Positions 12,356-25,640 of a stretch of 64,000 nt of DNA are shown here, piece by piece. Every line of letters starts with the position of its first letter. Positions within the stretch are counted from its first letter, which is position 1. The position numbers and the translations under genes are program-made. The notes below the pieces were generated by a model that made no database searches, had not been told where the DNA came from, and saw only the letters and a program-made list of their open reading frames with translations. Source of the stretch: Octopus sinensis (Eukaryota); the NCBI RefSeq assembly GCF_006345805.1, contig NC_043005.1, forward strand, positions 32,426,001 to 32,490,000. Reading direction: 5' to 3'.

Positions 12356-13939
12356 ATTTTTATCGCCATTCACTTGAAAATAATAATAATAATAAAAATA
12401 AAAAAAAAACACTGAGACAGGAGAGGAGATGTACTATAAGAGTGTGAGAGGAGATATTTAGAGACAGCAAGTGTCTCCCCTCACAAGATATTATATTTTT
12501 ATATAACTGTATGGATTGCATGCTACATTGATTATTGACAAAACATTCTACTTTTGGGAATTGAACTTAGATCAGAACCTAGCCAGACAAGATGTGTTGT
12601 AGCAAGTCTGTATTGTATACACAAAATGTTTATTATGTTGATGTATTTATTGAATACCAGTTTTAGCTAATTTCTTTTAAAATATCATTTTTAATAGCAC
12701 AGGTATACGAGTAATCATATAGTTAATAGGGGTCTGTAATTAGTTAAGATAGAAGCCAGGTTTGCTTCACAGCACTTTATTTGGTGCTGCAATAGTCTGA
12801 GTGTAGTTATGTTTAACCATGCTTACTATTTTGCTTTGGTTATTAAAAAATGTTAGAAATATATTGGGGTTGATTTAATTATGGTATGAAGTTGATATGG
12901 TATTTTCACTTCAGTTACATAAGAATACAATCATAAGTACAGTTGAAGTAGTATAAGCTTTTGCATCTGCAGCTAACATCTACAGCATACTCATTACCAT
13001 TATCACATTTTGTATACAAGGATGACAACCCTCTCTGTTGCTCATTAACTGGCCATAAAGCTGACATAGGAAGTTGACTGAAGCATATAATGTTGTGGAC
13101 CAATCCTGAAACTCGAGAGAGTGGTTGTGTAGTAATTTAGAACTAGTTGAACATAACCTTACATTGAGTGAGATCTTGTTTCTGGGAACTAACACTAAAT
13201 CATTTTGGGAAAAGTTTAATGTCACTAACACCACAGCTGTCTGAATTCTTGGGTTTTATGAATGGTTTAATTGCTGCAGATAAAAACTCTCTATTCCTAT
13301 ATCACATTATTCCTTGTTGAAAGTTTCTATTGGTGATTTCCAACAGCTTTAGAGATTCAAAAGAGTTTTGTTTAATAATTTATTGACCAGTATAAATAGT
13401 TAGAGTTGTAGTAACAAGGACTTCCTCTCTTATGATATCAGCTTATTGGCCAACCACTAAAGTAGCTGTTTCTCTTCAGATTGATAATGATGTCTTTATG
13501 GCTATTGTTGACTGTTTGTATGATGATGATGTGTAGATTAATACCAAAGCTGTATGTTATTAACTGGGAAATATAACAAAAAAAAAAAAAAAATTAAGAA
13601 TTATACATCTGTCTCTTTTATACATTCTTTTTTTCTCACTCCATTCTTATTGGCTCAACATGTGCTTCTATCAATATCAGTTGAATTGGTCTACAAAGAA
13701 GTAAATATCTAAGCAAAACTATATCCAGAACTCTAGGTTTTCCTTTTAGTCAATATCTATCTTAATTTCTTTCTACAAACATCCTATGACTTTTCTTCAT
13801 CTAAAATGCATAATTCCATTGCATTACATATTGTAACAGTAAAATCGACTTTGTTGTGTACATCAATCTCTGTCACTCAATAGTCAGTCATCCCATCTCA
13901 TTTGCATATAGTGTCTTACATTTCCTTGGGGTGTGTGTG

Positions 13940-13981
<42 letters not shown>

Positions 13982-14166
13982 CTCTGCTTCCTCAGGTTCT
14001 CTACATTATTCTACGTTACTTGCTCATGTCTTGTTTGTGACATCTATTTATCTTATTATAAATTTAATTAAACTTAGTTCCATGTTAAGAAAACTTCTAT
14101 TGTATTCCTAGAGAAACTTAAGGTCAGTTCATGGATTGTCTCCATTAATTTCATTAGTTCTATACA

Positions 14167-14640
14167 CTACAAGTGAATTACTTCACCCTTGAGAAATTTA
14201 GTGAAAGCAAAGCAGTAGAGGGTGAGGACGAGTTGCGCCAGACAAAGAAGGCTGGAGGTGCTGGGGGTGGGATCGGAGTGACAGTTGAGGAAGTATTGGA
14301 GGGCTAAGAGACCGCCATCGAGAATCACTGTGTATAGGGATTTGATGTCCAAGATGAAGAGGAGGTGTGAGAGGCCGGGAAGGTAGGAGAAGGAATTGAA
14401 AAGGTGAAGGGCATGATTGGTGTCATGTATATGGGATGGGAGGGTAGCAACCAAAAGGGACAGGATGCGGTCAAGGTATTTTGAGATGAGTACTGTTGGG
14501 CAGTTGCAGGCAGGAACAATGGGGTGGTCAGCATTGTCGGGTTTATGTATTTTGGGAAGGAAATAGATGGTGGAGGTACTGGGTGTGTGGATGATGACGT
14601 TGCAGGTAGCAGGGGAGAGCAGAAGAGGAGATGAGGTCAT
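14167..14640 (-). pseudogene. Penelope-like element reverse transcriptase fragment
   Basis: ORF has IYFLPKIHKPD..HPIV, SKYLDRIL, HIHDTNH, LDIKSLYT and LVLT..CFAF, typical of the N-terminal half of PLE RT. Confidence 0.9.
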
Positions 14641-14849
14641 ATATACATATGTATATATGCTAGCATGGAAAACGGACGCTAAACGATGATGATGATATAT
14701 ATATAGATGAGTGTATTTTTACCTTGTTAACCACACGGAAAAAAAAAAAAAAGTTACCAGGGTAGCAAAAATCTCACAAGTAAAGCGGTTGTAACTCCTT
14801 GTTTATAAATGTAGAAACTTCGTGTTTACGTGGAATTTTTTGAATAATA

Positions 14850-15119
14850 TATGAATAAATAAATGGAGTTTAACACTGGGGTAAATCAAATATTTTCACT
14901 TTCGACACATGTTTCGAAAATTCCACTGATACTATTCAAAAGAATAAATGCTAAAATGTCTTATTGACGAGTTTCGTTTTTTTTCACTTTCCCGAAGAGA
15001 AGATTGCATTGTTTATACCATTTATTCTTTTGAATAGTATCAGTGGAATTTTCGAAACATGTGTCGAAAGTAAAAATATTTGATTTACACCTGTGTTAAA
15101 CTCCATTTATTTATTCATA
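14850..15119. repeat. Near-perfect inverted repeat, ~100-bp arms (14850-14950 / 15019-15119), 68-bp spacer
   Basis: Arms are reverse complements with only about 3 mismatches. Confidence 0.93.
14986..15071 (+). ncRNA. Type I hammerhead ribozyme-like motif (U4C variant, long stem II)
   Basis: ACUUUC-CCGAAGA-GAAGAUUGCAUUG...CAGUGGAAUUUUC-GAAA-CAUGUGU-C-GAAAGU: 6-bp stem I, 12/13-bp stem II, wobble-palindromic stem III, GUC cleavage triplet. Confidence 0.65.
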
Positions 15120-15621
15120 CATATATATATATATATGTATATGTATATATATGCATATATATGTATATGTATATATATGCATATATGTGTATATATATGC
15201 ATATATATGCATATATATGTATATATATGTATATATATGCATATATATGTATATATATGCATATATATGTATATATATGCATATATATGCATATATATGC
15301 ATATATATGCATATATATGCATATATATGTATATATATGCATATATATGCATATATGTATATATATGCATATATATGTATATATATGCATATATATGTAT
15401 ATATATGCATATATATGTATATATATGTATATATATGCATATATATGTATATATATGCTATATATATATGTATATATATGCATATATATGTATATATATG
15501 CATATATATATATATGTATATATATGCATATATATATATGTATATATATATATATGTATATATATGCATATATATATATATGTATATATATGCATATATA
15601 TGTGTGTATATATATATATAT

Positions 15622-15654
<33 letters not shown>

Positions 15655-15737
15655 GCATATATATGTATATGTATATATATGCATATATATGTATATGTAT
15701 ATATATGCATATATATGTATATGTATATATATGCATA

Positions 15738-15770
<33 letters not shown>

Positions 15771-15775
15771 GTGTA

Positions 15776-15820
<45 letters not shown>
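15119..15820. repeat. ~700-bp TA-derived compound tract with (ATATATATGY) decamer periodicity
   Basis: Read directly; it explains the stacked YI/MH/CI ORFs on both strands. Confidence 0.95.
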
Positions 15821-16766
15821 CACTCTTTCTCTCTATATCTCTCCCTCCATACCCCTCTTCACATCTTTTCCTCTCAATTTCAACCTGTCTTATCCTATCT
15901 TTCTCTCTATTTTTCTCATCTTCATCATGTTTTTTTTTTACCCTATTTATCCAGTATCTTGCTCTTGTTCTATCAGATATCTTTGTGTGTTAGAAATATT
16001 TCTTGTAATCTAGTACTTACATACTGAAATTAAGCTTTCAACCACATTATTTTGGTCTTCTTACACAACTTTGTCTACTGATCAACTTAGCGATTCAGCT
16101 GAGACAACAATACTATTATATACCCCGTGATTTCATTTATATTAATCCGCTATTCCACATTTCAATATTCTCCAGAATATTTTTTGCAATTTCTCCAAGA
16201 GAAAGAAATGCCTATTTTATGGAAGAATTACTAATTTGATAAATTTCTATAGATTCCTTTGTAATGAGAAATGGTTCCAAGATGGCCATTTGTTTGTGGG
16301 AGTTACGAGTAGTTAATTGTCATAGATTAAGATTTTGTTACATTTCTCACTGAATTGCTTTGTATGATTGTAACCTTTTGAAAAAAGCCAAGCAAGTTAT
16401 TTTATTTATATCTTCTAATTTGTGTTATTCTTGTAAACAATATGATTTACTGTATATAATTTCAGCAATGTCATGCGCCAGGCATTACTTCTGCTTTTCT
16501 AAAGCCATTGATGTATTTATTTTACCATAAATTCATTTTATAAATAAATAATTGACTGGGGTAGAAAGGAAAATATTTATTTAAACTCCTTTCTCTATAG
16601 GAGCAAAACCTCAGGTTTATACAGAGGTAAATTAACATGAGTTTGTGTAACATTCATGCAATTCCCAAGAGTATTTAGTGAAATAAAGAATCAATGAAAT
16701 CTCAGTTGCAAACTTATTTTATTGATAACTTTCTTGTGCACCATTTCAAAATAGTCATATACTAAA

Positions 16767-17117
16767 CTAGCAGTATCGCTCGGGTTTGTTTCAACCCTTT
16801 AGAATTGGAATTTTTGAAAAGTAAAAATTTTGCATTATGTAGCTTGTTATTCTCTTTAAGTGAACATTTTTCTAGTTGAAATACACCATAAGATGGCGAC
16901 ACAGCAGTTAAAAATTTGTCAAAAATTGGGATTTTCATAGAAAAAAAAGCACCTTTTTGATGTAAATAATTTTTGGTGTTAACATGGTCTGATTCTATCA
17001 TACTCTCAATTTTAGTCAACTTGCGCCACAGGGTCTCGGAGGAGATAGTGTTAGTTGAAGGCTACCAATCCTGCCATACACAGACAACTTCAGCTTTACA
17101 TATATATATATATATAT
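16767..17117 (-). mobile_element. Non-autonomous Helitron
   Basis: Minus strand ends ...cgatactgCTAG|T, the same terminus as 18354 but with part of the hairpin deleted. The other end runs into (TA)n. Confidence 0.65.
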
Positions 17118-17202
17118 TTTGTGGCAAATATTCTACATTTGAAAGTTTTCCATTGTTTTTTTTCTTTTTCATTCTGTTTCAGTTGTCAGTTTCAACATAC
17201 TG

Positions 17203-17238
<36 letters not shown>

Positions 17239-17284
17239 TCATCATCATCTTCGTTTAACGTCCGCTTGATGATGATGATGATGA

Positions 17285-17324
<40 letters not shown>

Positions 17325-18353
17325 GCACGCACACTGTTATGCTGTACAAATATATCCTGACATAGTTTTTTATTTGTTTAATCCATCTACCAAATTTCCC
17401 CACATGACATTGTGAGGAAATTTGGTAGAAAAAAAAGAAACTGAAAGAAACACTGTGCACGCATGTGTGTATGTGTGTGTATGTAATTTTTGTATACGTT
17501 TATTGGCTGTAGCTGACTTACAGCCACAACCGGTAACATTTGTTGACATTTCTTATCAGCAAATCATCCACTAAGTTCTTTTGAATTTCTCTGGAATAAA
17601 ATCTTCCTTACCTGTAAAACAGATACAGATTGATGACAAGAGCTTCTGGCCATAGAAATCCTATCCTTCCTGAAATGCTACCCCTTCCCATAGTGTTGGA
17701 ATACAAATGAATGATAAAATTACATTAAATTTTATATAGTGTCATATTTAGGATAGCTTTCACAAATGATAGTCATTGCAAGAGAGAACAAAAGTTTGTT
17801 CCTGTTTATACTCTGAAAGGTTTTAATCCTGCAATGACTGTGTTTTACATTAAATAATTTAATTGATAGAAAAGTGTGTGTTGGTGCCGAACAGACAGGG
17901 TTTTGGACATTTAGTTTAAAAATTATGAGTTTGTAACTCCTCTCAGGTGTAGTACTGTACAGTGTATGGACTAAGTACTGAACATTTCCTGCATTATTAT
18001 TTATTGTTTGTTTGTGTGTGTGAGAGAGAGAGACTAATCAGTAACTGGTAATTTTGTAACTTACAATGCTGGCACTCCAATCCTTTCACACAAAAGAGAA
18101 AGGTAACAAACAAAATTAGTTTACATCTGAAATTTGTGTGAACTGTAAAGCTATAAGATGAGAATACTCAGCAAAATATTTAGTAAAACATTCCATAATT
18201 TTGTAAGCAAAATTAACCAAGCAGGTTAGCTGCAAGCATCGACAAGCACATGGGCTCACATGCATGCACACACGCATGTGCGCGCACACACACACACATG
18301 AATAGATATATGCATACACCTTATCAATGCCAGTTTATTGTGTGTATATTAAA

Positions 18354-18746
18354 CTAGCAGTATCGCCCGGCGTTGCTCAGGTTTGTAAGGGAAATAACTA
18401 TAAAGCATTTTTAGAGAGTTATAGCCAAAAAATAGCAAAAAAATGGAAAAAAATGATGGTAAATTTTTTTTTGAGAGTTAAAAAAGGATGGAGTTGCGTC
18501 CCCTAGACAATTTGTGGTTCGTGTTTCTGATTCTCGACCCCATGTCGAATTTATCGATTTTTTTCAGAACTGGGGGAACTTTTCAAAATTTTGGCTGCGT
18601 TAGTTTTGAATTATGACATTGGGCTATGTGTGTGTGTCAAGTTTCATCAGAATCGGTTGAAAGCCGTGGTCAGGGTGAGGGTACAAGCAAACAGACACAC
18701 AGAAACACGCACAGACAAACTGCCGTTTATATATAGAGAGAAGAGA
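18354..18746 (-). mobile_element. Non-autonomous Helitron with both termini
   Basis: Minus strand: A|TC...ctatatataaacggc start; subterminal hairpin cctgagc-aac-gccggg then gatactgCTAG|T. Confidence 0.85.
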
Positions 18747-19314
18747 TATTGTGTATATATTTTTTACTGTGTGTATATTTTTTAAATCTTTAAACAATCT
18801 TAAAAGGAGACAGGCCTCAAAGACTTTCAATTTGAGTTTATATTTGTTCTAAACATCTCTGTGTAACATTTAATTCCAAATCCCAAAACAAACAAACCAA
18901 CCATATTTCCACTTTATTTTTTATTTTCATTTAAAATTTTTTCCTCTGCTCATTAGCATTTTTGAATATATTTTCTTTAATTATTATTATTATTATGAAA
19001 TATAAGTTTGATTTTGTTCCAATGTACACATCTTTTTCCTCTTTGTTCATATGCTAAATAGTAAAACATAAGGTTATAAACAGTTGTATTATGTGATAAC
19101 AAACCAGGTTGTTTGTTCAAGTAAGCTAATCATAGAATTAGTTTCTGTATTCTACATACTTGCACTTTATAATTCTCAAAGCCTCCTTTCACTTATGTTT
19201 TTATTATAATTAATTTTCTCCATTGGAAGTAGGTGTGTCAAGTGACTATCAGATTAAGGTACTTCATGACTGCAGTAAAATCTTTTGATTTAAACTTAAC
19301 TGTAGTTATCTTTT

Positions 19315-19510
19315 TACAAGTTTCAATCTTTTGACTGTGGCCTTGCTGGGGCACCACTTGAAAAGTTTAGTTGAACAAATTGATTTCAATACTTATTTTA
19401 TTTCAAAGCCTGGTACTTATTCTAAACTGGTATGTTATGGGGACATAAACAAACCAATACTGGATGTCAAATAGTGGTGAGACATGTGCATGTGTACACA
19501 CACACACACG

Positions 19511-19541
<31 letters not shown>

Positions 19542-19690
19542 TGTGTGTGTATGTCTTCTTTCAGTTTCCATCTACCAAATCCATCCACAAGGCTATGGTT
19601 GGCCCAGGGCTATAGTTGAAGACACTTGCCCTAGGTGTTGCACAGTGAAAGTCCACATGACTGAGAAGCAAACATCTTACTGCCTGTGCT
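19315..19690 (-). mobile_element. tRNA-derived SINE, diverged copy with internal (CA)/(TG) tract
   Basis: Colinear with 23129-23543 (ctttcagtttccatctaccaaatc..., gaagacacttgccc). Confidence 0.75.
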
Positions 19691-20462
19691 TATATAGTTA
19701 TTATATTTTGGACTTTTGTCAGCTGAAAAATTAGTATGAATTTCATATAAAGACTTAAAAGAATCCAGCTACCACCAAAGTCTTGCTTTAATAAGTTTCT
19801 TTGAAACAGAATATCCAAATTCACTTTCATTTTAAACCCTTTCATTTTAACTTAAATTCTATCATTTTTATAGTTTTGCTAGAAAAAGCTTAGTTATTAG
19901 ATACCATTCTGTGACAATAGATTGATTGTAACTTAAAAGCTGTACTTAAATATGTTTTTAATTTGGTTATAGTTAACTTCACTATTTTCTACCCCTGACG
20001 TATGCTTTGAAATAATAAATAATGATAAAATAAACAAAGATCACATATTAAATTACCCCAGTAATTTTTGTTGATAATGTCTAGTCATTGGAAATATGTT
20101 TTTATGGCTTTAAAATATCAGCATTTGAGCTGTTCCATATTGTGAATAGGAATTAGAATTAAGTATCTCTGTGGTTGTTAGAATTAAGAATCAGTTGGAA
20201 AATCCTACATAAAAATAACTGAGTTGTTTTTTAACAATAGGTAGTAAGTTGATGAAAATATATTACCAGCTGATGAGGAACTTGTTTAGTTTCCACTGCT
20301 CATCATTCAAGTTTTGCTGGTGTTGGTGTAAGTTTCAATGTAAATATTAACCTCTTTCTTATTGCTGTTTCTAAATAAGGGTGTATCATTTTGCTTGTCA
20401 ACATTTTCATCACAACTAAGAGATGAAAAGTTGAAGTTAAAAAAAAAAAGAAGGCTACTTAT

Positions 20463-20466
<4 letters not shown>

Positions 20467-20547
<81 letters not shown>
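20467..20547. repeat. (GA)n microsatellite
   Basis: Read directly from the sequence. Confidence 0.97.
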
Positions 20548-23128
20548 TGTCTGCAATTAAGTAAATTACTTGAATTGAAAACACATCTATTGAAAGTAAC
20601 AGCTCCACTGAGCTTAGGAAGTAGAATTAGGTAGATTAATAGAACACCACCACCACTGTAGTCAGTGAAATTCTACCTAGTAACATATGTATATGTTTCT
20701 CTATCTTCACTGTTTACAAGAGTTTAACAGCCTCTGCTTGCCAGCATTGGCATCTAAACAGCATTCTAGTTGGTATTTTGATAATATTCTACACTGAATA
20801 ATATAAAAGATATTCTGTTTTTTTTTCTCCACACACAATTCACTACTTTATTGTATAAAATTGGCTAACTAATAGATGCTTATTTTTCTTCTTAATCTAG
20901 TTTCTTTAAATGTAAAAATTGTAAAACCTAACAAAATTGAAAAAAAAAAGAACCTTTTTTTAAAACTGTTTCTTTCTGTAGCTGTTTGTTAATGAAGATT
21001 GTGTGAAGCACATATTTCATTACTTCTTCTCTCTTTCTTCTCCTCTCACCCTCTTCATCTATATCCCTCTCTCACTCTCCTTCCCTCTCACATACACACA
21101 CACACACACACACACACTCTATAAGCAGAAGTAAACTTTTTGAAGTATTTTAGTTTGTTTTTATATTTTGTAAATTTAAATCTGAATAAATAATTTCTTG
21201 TATATTAAAAGTTTCAACATCTTTAATGTTGATGTCCAGTAATGATATTTTTAATATTGCATGCTTTGTCATTGAGCTTTGTTCTTGTTATCGCTGCTAT
21301 GGTAGGTGTTGTAATACTGCAGAAAGTTATTAGGAAATGAAATCTGAGGCTTGTCTTGAATTCCTATTTGGATCCACTCTTGTCTGAATGCGACAATTTT
21401 GTACCTCTGTTTCCCCAAAATCTGAATTCGTATCAATGTCACCATTCCTGAGTGCTGTCAAATTCTATACCAGAGATTTAGCTTTTTGGATTTTTATCCA
21501 CCAGATTCCTTGCAATACTAATTCCTTCCAGGCTTGCTTGCTTATGACTGAATTTAGGTTTTGTAGGGTAAAAACAAGATAATTTTCTCTGAACAATAAA
21601 CAGATACCATATTGTCTTTGACAACTATTTATGTTTATAAAATAGTTCTTTTTATTTTGGTATCAGTATATCTCAATGCAATTCCTGTTTAATTTAAAAT
21701 AGTTTCTCATGAATGTAAAAAAGATAATGCTAAATGTAATAAAAACCTTTATCTGTTGCAGACTTCTTCAATTGGATTTAAGGATGTGAGTGGAGAGTTA
21801 GATTTTCTGTGCATGATCAAGATTTTATTCTGAAGATCTACTAATGCATATGCTATTGACTCTCTGTTTAACGAATCAATTAAGTAACTTCTGTTCATAG
21901 CTCCAAAGCACTGAGCTATAATTATGTGTTGGCTAACAAATGTTAACACAGTGTTGTGTTTACTCAAACAATTCTACATGTTCTTGGAATTGCAAATAAC
22001 TAGTTTTAGACAATATCTAACAGACAACTGCATGTTTCATTTATATAACATTGAATTCTGTTAGTCAGAATGGTACCTAAGTAGTCTAACTAAAGGTCTA
22101 CAACCAATTGTCTCTTAAGAATCATTGATATTGAGTGATAAAGTTATCTTTGTTGTGGGTATGTATATATTGTTCTTTACATAGTTAATGGTGTGTGTGT
22201 GTGTGTGAATTGATTTAAAATAAACTGTATTTTGATATCCCGGCTGCCTTTCTGTCCTCTTTGATTAAGATTATTTATGCGAGTGTCTCTAAACTCATCA
22301 AGAACAAGGACTGTATATATGAATATTTAGTAGGTGTTTGTGTTTTTAAGATATATTTTGTTTTTAAAGACTCCTTTCAGTTTTCGAGTCTAGTAACAGA
22401 ACTGACAGTAGAGCTTATATTCTGACCAAACCTACACAACTCTTCATTAGCGCCATCAGCTATGAAACATGGCAATTTCACAGCGATGTTGGTATGGCTG
22501 TGTATTTAATATAATTTCAATTTCAGTTTCAATCCCACTGTGCAACACTTTGGACAAGTGTCTTCCAGTATAGTGCTAGCTGACCAATGTCATGAGAGTA
22601 AATTTGGTATGTGGAAACTGAAAGAAGCTCATCATATATGTGTGTATGACCTTGTATTCCCTTTGTCTTGTTATTTTGTGGTAGTTGTAAAGGAGTAATA
22701 CAAGTTGTAGCATTCATTTCCAATCTATGTAAACATATCCAGCCATGGTGAAATATTACCTTTTTTGGAAAGAGGTGAGGGTTGGCAACATGAAGATGAT
22801 CCAGCCATAGAAAATCTGCTTCAATAAATTTGTCTGACCCATGCATGTATGGAAATGTGGTCAGGAAAATGATGTTGATGCTTACAACTCAATCAATTTT
22901 CCTTGTGGTTCCCTAATTATAGCAAGATGGCCGGGCTTTTGAAAATGACATAACAACCCAGTCCTGTAACATGGTATAACTAGAGAGATCCCCACCCCAT
23001 CCAGTTGTTTGATCTTCTGTCCACTTGGTTACCTGTTGCCACTGTTAATTTAAACTGATATATTTTACTACTTATCATTATCATCAATTTAGAATTGAGA
23101 CAAATGGCAGAGCATCAGACTAATTCCT

Positions 23129-23337
23129 TATTTTTTACTCTTTTACTTGTTTCAGTCATTTGACTGCAGCCGTACTGGAGCACCACCTTTAGCCAAACAA
23201 ATCGACCCCAGGACTTATTCTTTGTAAGACAAGTACTTATTCTATCAATCTCTTTTGCTGAACCACTAAGTTCTGGGTTCGTAAACACACCAACATCAAT
23301 CAGTTAAGTGATGGTAGGGGGACAAACACAGACACAC

Positions 23338-23405
<68 letters not shown>

Positions 23406-23543
23406 GATAGGCTTCTTTCAGTTTCCATCTACCAAATCAACTCACAAGGCTTTGGTCAGCCTGAGGCTATAGTAGAAGACACTTACCCAAAGTGCCATGC
23501 AGTGGGACTGAATTCAGAACCATGTGGTTGGGAAACTTACCAC
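23129..23543 (-). mobile_element. Near full-length tRNA-derived SINE with internal (TA)n
   Basis: Minus strand: tRNA-like head (ggttctgaattcagtccc), body, (TA)n at 23341-23399, tail gactgaaacaagtaaaagagtaaaa. Several relatives occur in the window. Confidence 0.85.
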
Positions 23544-24059
23544 ATTTGCATCTAATATCTAATTTGTCTCTCTGTACTTAGAATTTAGACCTTTCTTGAA
23601 TTTACTTTGCCTTTTATTCAGTGTGGTCAATAATAATAATACTGCATTAATTTATCAGAGTAAATTATTTAACATGTTGTCAAATAAGATTTTAAAAAAA
23701 CCCCAAAATGTTACAATAAAATATTTCCTACATTTATTTTGTTCTCTCTGTTTACTTTAGGATGTGAAGCTATGAATTTATTTTTATACATCGGATTAAT
23801 TAAAAATATTTACTTCTGTTGTCAGGCATCTTTCCATTAACATTATTACATGCGTGTGTGTTTTATATTTGAAAGATTGATACCATTAAATTGAATATTG
23901 TTTTAGTTTCCAGTTGATTAGCCTGTTTTATTTTGTTGTCATAGAAACCTAACAAGACTTTTTATTTTGCCAAGTCAAATATTTTCTATCTGTTTGTCTT
24001 TTCTTTCTTCATGGAGTATATAGTAGTTTATCTTATATGATTTTTGGTACTTTTACTAC

Positions 24060-24230
24060 GTCATCATCATCATCATCACCATCATCATTTAGCATCCATT
24101 GACCATGCTGGCATGGGTTGGATGGTTTGACCATGGCTGGTGGTAAGGTAAGGGGCTGCACCAGACTCTTGTCTGATTTAGCATGGTTTCTATGGCTTGA
24201 TGCCCTTCCTAATGCCAACTACTCCGAGAC
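24060..24230 (-). mobile_element. 3' part of (GAT)n-tailed SINE/RTE-derived element
   Basis: catcatcat...ccatgctggcatgggttggatgg...gatgcccttcctaatgccaac matches 50997-51160. Confidence 0.75.
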
Positions 24231-24799
24231 TAATAAATATAGCATATCTCTAATCTAAACATCAAGTTGTTCAGTTGTTTTGAATGCAGCTAGATATGAG
24301 GACCTTAAAAATACAACTATAAAATATCACTGAAGATGAAATAGGGATTATGTTTTGTTTCACTAGCAGAAGATTTAACACAACGATTTGGTATTTCTAA
24401 AGCATGCAGTTGAAGCATTACTAAAGTGAAATGAATGGCAGAATCATTAAGGCTGATGTTGGCAAATTGCAGAATCCCTCAAATTAGAACATTTTATATT
24501 GGTCATAACTTTTGCATTATTAATATAAACTCTCTCTTTATTTTTATTACTTTTCTTCATCCTTCTCAGAATTTCAACTTGTCTCCTTAAATTTTATGCT
24601 TCTGAATTCTTCAAAAGCCTAACTTTTCGCGTGTTGCTCATTAACGATGACACCAAAATAGAAAGTCATTTTAAACTTTCCTGATATCAGTCTTTTGTTC
24701 TTCACTCCATCTGTAACTTAGGAAATTAAGTGTTGTTACCCACAACCAATACAATGATTATAAAAATTGCATTAATATATATATATATATATATATCCA

Positions 24800-25640
24800 G
24801 GCCTGGGTAGCCACAATAAGACACACCAGGTATTCCATTCATTTCCCAGCTCAAAGGGGTGAGTCCCATTCTATGCTCAGGTCAAAGCATAGAACGCAAC
24901 CCCCAATATCAGCAGTGGGGTCTGATAGCATATGCTGGTTTACCCCTGCTACATCATGCTAGTTCCATACCCTTTTGAGCAACATCAAAGTTCACTCATC
25001 TGTCCACAAACACTATCCAAGCTTTCCTATCATTTATAAACTCTCTTGCCTCTCTCATTCCAACATCTCTAACAAAGCTTTCCTCTCTCCATCCATCCAC
25101 ACAAACCGAGGTCTACCTCTGGTTCTGCTGCCTACCACTTCAGCTTTCATCACCTTTCTTACCATCCACTCTTCATCCATCCTCTTGCTCAGTGCCAGCA
25201 CATCCATCCTTCTTTTCACCATCACACTCTCTATCTATCTCCTCTTTACTTCACTTGTACTACACCCACATACATTCTATGAACCTAGTACTAAAGTGAG
25301 ATTTGGTGCTAACCTTCTCCCACCCCCTTGTCTTTTTCTTGTCTTTTTAGGAATATGGATTTATTAGGAGAGGATTCCCAGTCCCCTAGCTCCTGTCCTT
25401 TTTAGTTGCCTCTTATGCCACACAGGGTATATGGCGACTTCATTCTACTGCCCCACCACAGACACAGTTAGGTTTGCTAGTTAACCCATAGCTGGGACCC
25501 TTACAGATGCTACCAGTCCAGGCCAGAGTAGACCAGGGAACAATAGTGGCTAAGAGGTGGTTCCACACTCGTCAAACCCTGAAACCAGGGCCCCAGGGTC
25601 CCATGACCAGATGTAGCTTATAGTCATACCCAGGACAATA
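24800..25640 (-). mobile_element. RTE-clade LINE remnant (ORF2 C-terminus and 3' UTR, joined to 5'UTR/SINE-like sequence)
   Basis: Minus-strand translation KRMDEEWMVRKVMKAEVVGSRTRGRPRFVWMD / EAREFINDRKAW (about 25000-25190). The element abuts (TA)n at 24775-24797. Confidence 0.75.

Noticed and set aside
15080-16027. Long ORFs (up to 315 aa) on both strands
   Set aside because: They are translations of a stop-free TA/TG/CA repeat tract with no protein-like composition.
20270-20300. CTGATGA followed by a GGAAC/GTTTC hairpin
   Set aside because: No GAAA box or stem I/III follows, so it is not a hammerhead.
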